From NCBI GenBank assembly GCA_038915815.1, contig JBCLCL010000001.1:5899-69898 (forward strand): DNA of 64,000 nt, written 5' to 3'. A program made the position numbers and the translations under genes. Positions 58,238 to 64,000 of this stretch are shown here, piece by piece (within the stretch, counting starts at the first letter, position 1; each line of letters starts with the position of its first letter). The DNA is from Candidatus Limnocylindrales bacterium (GTDB taxonomy: Bacteria > Chloroflexota > Limnocylindria > Limnocylindrales > CSP1-4). Below the pieces are notes generated by a model. It made no database searches. It was given only the letters and a program-made list of their open reading frames with translations, and had not been told where the DNA came from.

Positions 58238-59661
58238 GCCTCGACCTCCTCGTCGGCGACGTCGAGCTCGCCGGACGCAGCTTCCTCGGCGTGGGTCATC
58301 GCGTCCGTCTCGTCGAGCAGCTCCGATTCGTCGGCTTCATCCGGCAGCCGCGCCGCCGCCTCGCGCACGTCGAGCTTGCCGGTGACCACGTCGGCGATCA
58401 GGCGGGTGCGGTATTCACGGAGGAGAACCTGTTCACGCCGACACACCTCGATGGCGGCGTCGATCTCGCTCAGTGCCGCATCCAGGTGTCGAGCAACCTC
58501 GTCCTGCTCTGGGCGGGGCGGGACCGCAACGAGGAGTGCCTTGATGTCTGCGACGTTGATGCGGTTGAACGTTGATCCGACGAGAATCATCGCCAACTGG
58601 TCTGCCATCACCCCACTTCGAAGGAAGTAATTGAGCCAGCGCTGGTTCTCCCTCTCCGATCGGATCAAGCACACATCCTGGCCCATCGCGAACGCATCTT
58701 CCGTCGTGACCAAGGCCGCAGCCCCGACGCCTACGTTTCGGCAGTAAATCAGATCGCCGACACCCGGCTTGCGGCCGCCCTCGATGAGCTTCTCATACCA
58801 CTCCGGCGTGGTGCGGTTCGACGAGGCGAAGCTCAATTCGAACGACTGGGCCTCGCGAACGCTCGCCAGCGGAATGCCATCATCGACGAATGGCACCGTG
58901 AGGTGCTTGCAGTCCGTGACTGTCCACCGCCGCCGAAGCGCAACGACCTCCCAATGCTCCGGCACGTCGCCCAGCCACTCCACGCCGGAGGGCTTGAGGC
59001 GGACGTCGGGGTCGAGGCCGCGGGTGACGGCGCGGTGGATGATGGCCTGCTTCTGCTCCTCCAGCAGCTTGATCAGCTTCTGCTTGGCCCGGATGTAGCG
59101 CCGGATCCGCCGGTCCGCGTGGTCGAGGAACCGCACGATGGCGGCCTGCTCGGGGAGGGGTGGGAACAGAGCCTCAAGTCGATAGAGATCATCCGTGTAG
59201 AGCCGCAGTCGGCTTTCGACCACACCGGTGGACACGGCCTTGATGCGCGCTTTGTAAGCGGGAGACCGCAGAAGATGATGGAAATACCAGGGCTCTGTGC
59301 CCGGACCAAAGCGATACACGCAGTAGGCAGGGCTTGCGATACCTGCAAACGGAGACACTCCCATGCTCCCGTTCCACGCGAGCATGATGTTCACGACAAG
59401 CTCGCCGGGCTCCGCGCGCTTGTATCCGACCAAGGATTCGGCACGAGTATCAGGTTCGGCTAGGCCGTCAGCTCGATTACGCTCAGTGACGCCGGTGTAT
59501 TGCGAGACGCGAAGCAATTGCTCGGTCCCTGTAGCTGAACGGGCGTCACGTTCCCGCAGGACGTTCTTGAGCCGCCGCACCTCCCAATGCCCCGGCACCT
59601 GCCCCAGCCACGGCACACCGGAGTCCTTCATCACGGGATAGGGCTCCAGGTCGGCGATCAA
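58234..59661 (-). CDS. hsdS: Type I restriction-modification specificity subunit
   Basis: KDSGVPWLGQVPGHW and KPSGVEWLGDVPEHW repeats, PPLPEQ/PPRPEQ, VVTGK; lower-GC variable regions; TTG start. Confidence 0.93.
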   Translation of the reverse strand: MIADLEPYPVMKDSGVPWLGQVPGHWEVRRLKNVLRERDARSATGTEQLLRVSQYTGVTERNRADGLAEPDTRAESLVGYKRAEPGELVVNIMLAWNGSMGVSPFAGIASPAYCVYRFGPGTEPWYFHHLLRSPAYKARIKAVSTGVVESRLRLYTDDLYRLEALFPPLPEQAAIVRFLDHADRRIRRYIRAKQKLIKLLEEQKQAIIHRAVTRGLDPDVRLKPSGVEWLGDVPEHWEVVALRRRWTVTDCKHLTVPFVDDGIPLASVREAQSFELSFASSNRTTPEWYEKLIEGGRKPGVGDLIYCRNVGVGAAALVTTEDAFAMGQDVCLIRSERENQRWLNYFLRSGVMADQLAMILVGSTFNRINVADIKALLVAVPPRPEQDEVARHLDAALSEIDAAIEVCRREQVLLREYRTRLIADVVTGKLDVREAAARLPDEADESELLDETDAMTHAEEAASGELDVADEEVEA

Positions 59662-61493
59662 GGTTGGCCTGACTGAAGCAGGTCGTTGGGATTCCAGATG
59701 TGCTCGGCGATCTGGCGGTAGAGCTGGCTGCGGGCTTCTAGGTCTTGCTGCTTGAACTGCAAGTGCGGCACGAATGGCAAGCCGCTCTGCTCCAGAAAGT
59801 GCAGGAACCCGGGGTTGTGCTCGTAGCACTGTGGGTGCAGCGAGCGGGCCAGGAGGTTCTGGCTGAGGTAGTGCGGCAGCTTCGCTGTATACGTCAGGTC
59901 GCCGTAGCTCGCGTTGAAGGTCTTGGGCAGCAGGAGCAGGCCGCCGATCCGGTTGCGGTGCTCGGCGAAGTCGGCGGGATGCGAGAACTCGTCGACGTGG
60001 CGCTCAGGGTGATTGGCCCAGACGTGCTCGACCTCGTAGCGCGTCTTGCCCTCGCTCACATAGTCCAGGTAGCGCGATGGCTGGCCGGACTCTGTCTCGA
60101 CGTAGTCGGTGAGGCGCGCCAGGATGCGATGCAGCGCGTACCGGTTCTGCTGATGGACCCGCAATCGGTCGTTGCTGCCGAACGTCTCGTGCTCCTGGTT
60201 GAGTGCGGTGTGTAGTTTCGTGGCAAGGGCATCCGGATCGAGACCGCGAATGTCGCGCATGACCACGAACATCGCGTACTGCATCGTCGAATAGGCGATG
60301 GATCGGAAGTTCCAAAGGCGCCAGGTGAGCAGGATGTCGAGATATCGCGCGACGAGACCCAACTTGCGGAGAATCACGGGCTCGCTGTCGTCAGGCCGAA
60401 GCGGGGCGAGCAGCAGCATGTGCTGAAGGGTGAACCCGTGCTGGGCGTTGTAGAGCACATGCTCCAGGCCGGGCACAAGCCCCAGCGTTGCCCTGATCAG
60501 CCGCAGGTACTGACGGCAGTAGAAGGTCAGGTCGCGATCGATGATCTGGAAGAAGTCGTCGCTGTGCTTGAGGCCGATGGTCTCGGAGGCATCGCGCAAC
60601 CAACGGTGGAACTCGGTGCCGATCCGGTCGAAGTCCTCCGGCTTGGCACCCTTTTTCCGCTCGCGGATTTTGGTGGCGTACTGGCTGCGAAGCCACGCCT
60701 TGAAGTAGTCCGGCTCGACTTCCTTGCCCGCTTCGTTGAGGTCCCGGGTGCGGTCGCGCCACGACGCGTTGGCGGTCGTGCGCTTGGCCTCATCGATGTT
60801 GGCGAGCAGGTATCCCTTGAGCATGTCTGTGGGGCTCAGCGAAAGCCCGCGGTCGTTCATGGTCTCGAAGATGGTGTAGGCGTCGTCGTCGGAATAGGTG
60901 GTGATCTCGACGAGGTGGACGTTCTCGAGCAGCCAGTCGATGAAGAACGGCAGGGCGTCACCGCGCAGCTCCCCAGGGAAGTAACCCTCCAGGTCGCGAT
61001 ATCGTTGCACGAGGTTCTGTACCGACTCGGGAAGACCGTTCGGATCGATCGGCTGCCCCTCGTAAAGCGCCTCCATCGCCGCCGTGCGCTCGTCCACGTG
61101 GAGGTTGAAGGACTTCTGGGCGTACTTCTCCGAGAAGATCAACTCATCGACATTGACCTTGTCTGCCCCGTCCTTCTGGAGATTGCGCAAGAGCACGAGC
61201 AGGAGCGTCAGGCTGGTCAGCCGCTGCTGGCCGTCGACGAGAAACCCCACGCCGTCCTTTCTGCTGACGATGATCGAGCCCAGGAAGTAGTGCGGGTAGT
61301 CGGCGACCTTTGTGCGCGAGTGCGTGGCCTGGTAGTCCTCCAGGAACTTGTCGCTGAGGTCGTCGACCAGCTCGCGGACCTGCTTCTCCAGCCACTTGAA
61401 CTCGCGCTGGTAGTAGTCGATCGAGTACTTGACGCCCTTGAGCAGCTCGCGAACCGTCTTGGCCTTGCCATCGATGGTGCGGATCTCTTTCAT
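59658..61493 (-). CDS. DUF262 + DUF1524 protein (GmrSD-like type IV restriction enzyme)
   Basis: YQREFKW, FLGSII, DGQQRLT, FETMNDRG and C-terminal EHV...GGLLLL...N HNH-like motif. Confidence 0.88.
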   Translation of the reverse strand: MKEIRTIDGKAKTVRELLKGVKYSIDYYQREFKWLEKQVRELVDDLSDKFLEDYQATHSRTKVADYPHYFLGSIIVSRKDGVGFLVDGQQRLTSLTLLLVLLRNLQKDGADKVNVDELIFSEKYAQKSFNLHVDERTAAMEALYEGQPIDPNGLPESVQNLVQRYRDLEGYFPGELRGDALPFFIDWLLENVHLVEITTYSDDDAYTIFETMNDRGLSLSPTDMLKGYLLANIDEAKRTTANASWRDRTRDLNEAGKEVEPDYFKAWLRSQYATKIRERKKGAKPEDFDRIGTEFHRWLRDASETIGLKHSDDFFQIIDRDLTFYCRQYLRLIRATLGLVPGLEHVLYNAQHGFTLQHMLLLAPLRPDDSEPVILRKLGLVARYLDILLTWRLWNFRSIAYSTMQYAMFVVMRDIRGLDPDALATKLHTALNQEHETFGSNDRLRVHQQNRYALHRILARLTDYVETESGQPSRYLDYVSEGKTRYEVEHVWANHPERHVDEFSHPADFAEHRNRIGGLLLLPKTFNASYGDLTYTAKLPHYLSQNLLARSLHPQCYEHNPGFLHFLEQSGLPFVPHLQFKQQDLEARSQLYRQIAEHIWNPNDLLQSGQP

Positions 61494-61651
61494 ATCGCGC
61501 CTCCCCCCACGATCTCGTGGCCGATCTTGACTCTTGCCGGGTCGAACCAGGCGTCCGTGGCGCGCGGCAGCACGTCACGCTCCGGCACCTTCCCCAGCCA
61601 CGGCACGCCGGAGTCCTTCATCGCGGGATAGGGCCTGAGGTCGGCGATCAT
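61490..61651 (-). pseudogene. Chimeric remnant: hsdS 5' end fused to a copy of the hsdM 3' region
   Basis: MIADLRPYPAMKDSGVPWLGKVPE + RDVLPRATDAWFDPARVKIGHEIV; matches 59592-59660 and 62022-62086. Confidence 0.85.
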
Positions 61652-61896
61652 TCCGCCCCCCGCTCCTTCTTTGCCCGGGACGTGGCCTTCGCGACCTGTC
61701 GCGCCCCCTCCTGGCGAACCGACAAGGATTCCTTGTGAGTTGCCTTCGGGTCCAGCTCCCCTTCCCGGCGAACCGTTAAGAATCGCTGAAGGGTTGCTTC
61801 GGTGCGGATTTCGGCGGGAACCTCGCATTGGTCGCAGATGTTGCGCAGGCGCATGCCGGTGTTTGGCGCCGTTGTCTGGAACAGTTCCGCGATCAT
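61648..61896 (-). pseudogene. RhuM/virulence-protein family remnant
   Basis: MIAELFQTT...EGELDPKATHKESLSVRQEGARQV resembles the RhuM N-terminal region; only 82 aa. Confidence 0.65.
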
Positions 61897-63875
61897 CCGT
61901 TGCTCCCGACGATCTCGCCGAGCAACCCCTCGGTCTCCTTCTCCAGGGCCAGAATGTCGGCGCGGATCTCCTCCAGCGTGCGCAGCGGCTGCGGCTTGTA
62001 GAAGTAGCGGGTGAAGCTGATCTCGTAGCCGATCTTGACGCTGGCCGGGTCGAACCACGCGTCGGCGGCGTGCGGCAGCACCTCGCGGCGCAGGAAGGCC
62101 TCGATGCCACCATCTTCGAGGAGCGGCACCTGCTCGGTGTCGCGCAGGTCGCTGTCGGGCTCGTACTCGACGACGCACGGCTTGCCGTCGATCGTGACCG
62201 GGAACAGCCCGTGCAGCGGGTCGGCCTCGGCCTTGCCGGGCTTATGGAGCTTCCTGATCACGGGCGGCGCGGACTCGTCGCGCTCGGCACTCTCGCGCAG
62301 CGCCTTGATCTCCCTGGGCGTGTAGGCGCGCCTGGGATCGATGCCCGCCAGGCGCAGCGGGCGCTCCACGGTGACCTTCGCGTAGCCGAAGGCCGCGTTG
62401 GGGAAGATCTTCGACTGTTCGGTCTCCTCGAAGGCCAGGAAGGTGTCGCAGATCTTCCCGATGTCCCCTTCCGACAGCTCGCAGTTCTTCTTGCCGAGGT
62501 TCTTGCGCAGCGGCTTGAACCAGCTCGTCGCGTCGATCAGCTGCACCTTGCCCAGGCGGTGCGCGGGCTTGCGGTTGCTGAGCACCCAGATGTACGTGGC
62601 GATGCCGGTGTTGTAGAACATGTTCAGGGGCAGCGCGACGATGGCCTCGAGCCAGTCGTTCTCGATGATCCAGCGGCGAATGTTGCTCTCGCCCTGGCCC
62701 GCGTCGCCGGTGAACAGCGAGCTGCCGTTGTGGACCTCGGCGATGCGGCTGCCGAGCCTGCTGTCGTGCTTCATCTTGCTCAGCAGGTTGGCCAGGAACA
62801 GCATCTGGCCGTCGCTCGATCGGGTGAGCAGCGAGTACTCGGGATCGCCCGTGTGCTCGATCAGGAAGCGCGGATCCTTGATCCCGTCCTTGCCGCCCAT
62901 CCGCTCCAGGTCGCTCTTCCAGCTCTTGCCGTAGGGCGGATTGCTGAGCATGAAGTCGAACTCGCGGGACGGAAAGGCGTCGTTCGAGAGGGTCGACCAC
63001 TCCGGCCCGCCGATGATGTTGTCGGCCGCCTCGCCTTCGCCCTTGAGCAGCAGGTCGGCCTTGGCGATCGCGTAGGTCTCGGAGTTGATCTCCTGACCGT
63101 ACAGGTGAGTGGCAACCTGCTTGCCGCGCTCCGTCGCGAGCTGCTGGAGCGTCTCTTCGCCCACCGTCAGCATCCCGCCGGTCCCGCACGCGCCGTCGTA
63201 GAGCAGGTAGGTGCCCGACTCGATCTCGTCGGCGATGGGCAGGAACACGAGCTTGGCCATGAGCCTGACGGCGTCGCGCGGCGTCCAGTGCTCCCCGGCT
63301 TCTTCGTTGTTCTCCTCGTTGAAGCGCCGGACCAGCTCCTCGAAGATCGTGCCCATGGCGTGGTTGTCAAGGCCCGGGTGCTTCACCGAGCCGTCGCCAT
63401 GCCGCACGGGGTTGGGGCTCAGGTTGATGTCGGGCGAGAGCAGCTTCTCGATCAGCGTGCCCAGCGCGTCGGCCTTGGACAGGCGCGGGATCTGGTTGCG
63501 GAACTCGAACTTCTCGAGGATGTCCTGCACGTTGGCCGAGAAGCCGTCGAGATACGCCTCGAAGTCGGCCTTGAGCTGCTGCTGGCTGGCCCGGGCGCGG
63601 AGGTCCCGCAGGGTGAACCGCGAGGTGTTGTAGAAGGCCTGGCCAGCCGCCTTGCGGAGGGCCTGGTCCTGATTGACGATGCCGGCCCTGTCCAGCGTGG
63701 CCTTCATCTCAAGCACGGCCGGTTTGGTCGGTTCCAGAAGCGAGTCCAGGCGACGCAGCACCGTCATGGGCAGGATCACGTCGCGGTACTTGCCACGGAC
63801 ATAGAGGTCGCGGAGCACGTCGTCCGCGATGCCCCAGATGTAGTTCGCGATCCAGTTGAGCTGCGGCTGGTCCAC
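61893..63875 (-). CDS. hsdM: Type I restriction-modification methyltransferase
   Basis: GEHWTPRD, YDGACGTGGML, YGQE, NPPY and FYNTGI motifs. Confidence 0.95.
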   Translation of the reverse strand: MDQPQLNWIANYIWGIADDVLRDLYVRGKYRDVILPMTVLRRLDSLLEPTKPAVLEMKATLDRAGIVNQDQALRKAAGQAFYNTSRFTLRDLRARASQQQLKADFEAYLDGFSANVQDILEKFEFRNQIPRLSKADALGTLIEKLLSPDINLSPNPVRHGDGSVKHPGLDNHAMGTIFEELVRRFNEENNEEAGEHWTPRDAVRLMAKLVFLPIADEIESGTYLLYDGACGTGGMLTVGEETLQQLATERGKQVATHLYGQEINSETYAIAKADLLLKGEGEAADNIIGGPEWSTLSNDAFPSREFDFMLSNPPYGKSWKSDLERMGGKDGIKDPRFLIEHTGDPEYSLLTRSSDGQMLFLANLLSKMKHDSRLGSRIAEVHNGSSLFTGDAGQGESNIRRWIIENDWLEAIVALPLNMFYNTGIATYIWVLSNRKPAHRLGKVQLIDATSWFKPLRKNLGKKNCELSEGDIGKICDTFLAFEETEQSKIFPNAAFGYAKVTVERPLRLAGIDPRRAYTPREIKALRESAERDESAPPVIRKLHKPGKAEADPLHGLFPVTIDGKPCVVEYEPDSDLRDTEQVPLLEDGGIEAFLRREVLPHAADAWFDPASVKIGYEISFTRYFYKPQPLRTLEEIRADILALEKETEGLLGEIVGSNG

Positions 63876-64000
63876 GTCACCCCTCGTCGGCCGTCATCTA
63901 TCTTGGAGGGGAGCATAACGAACCGACCCAGGTGTTCGACGAGCGCGTACCCCTTACCCCCCAACACACGGATTGACCCGATCGGGAGCTCACGCGCGGG

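Noticed and set aside
58234-61651. Invertible hsdS shufflon
   Set aside because: Repeats are direct, there is only one full hsdS, and no invertase is present in the window.

Overview
High-GC (roughly 70% by eye) bacterial chromosomal window. Gene content and style suggest a Chloroflexota- or Actinomycetota-like organism; this is inference only. Core blocks: a split pyruvate:ferredoxin oxidoreductase with an embedded CBS gene, three CoA-transferase genes, a class III aminotransferase plus aldehyde dehydrogenase, fabI, NiCoT and FTR1 metal permeases, tRNA-Gly(TCC), a DEAD-box helicase, a glycogen cluster (glgA, glgP, GH57, GH13) with a GntR gene, lysA and a bifunctional homocysteine methyltransferase/MTHFR. 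Accessory blocks: a cyclic-nucleotide cluster (three class III cyclase-fold genes, a cNMP-binding protein) with an AbiE pair at 17.6-24.9 kb, four type II toxin-antitoxin modules at 50.3-54.6 kb, and a type I restriction-modification locus carrying a GmrSD-like gene and several gene scars at 54.8-63.9 kb. Signals missing from the ORF track: (1) an approximately 270-nt structured 6S/Ms1-like RNA candidate at 7.9-8.2 kb; (2) a 41-aa membrane microprotein divergent from a PlmA-like GntR gene, sharing twin 22-bp palindromes; (3) a 134-bp palindrome-ended repeat present twice 24 kb apart; (4) direct repeats that could excise the GmrSD-like gene and one vapBC module; (5) many internally deleted gene remnants. 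All family calls come from motif recognition by eye; no searches were run, and most start codons are my adjustments.
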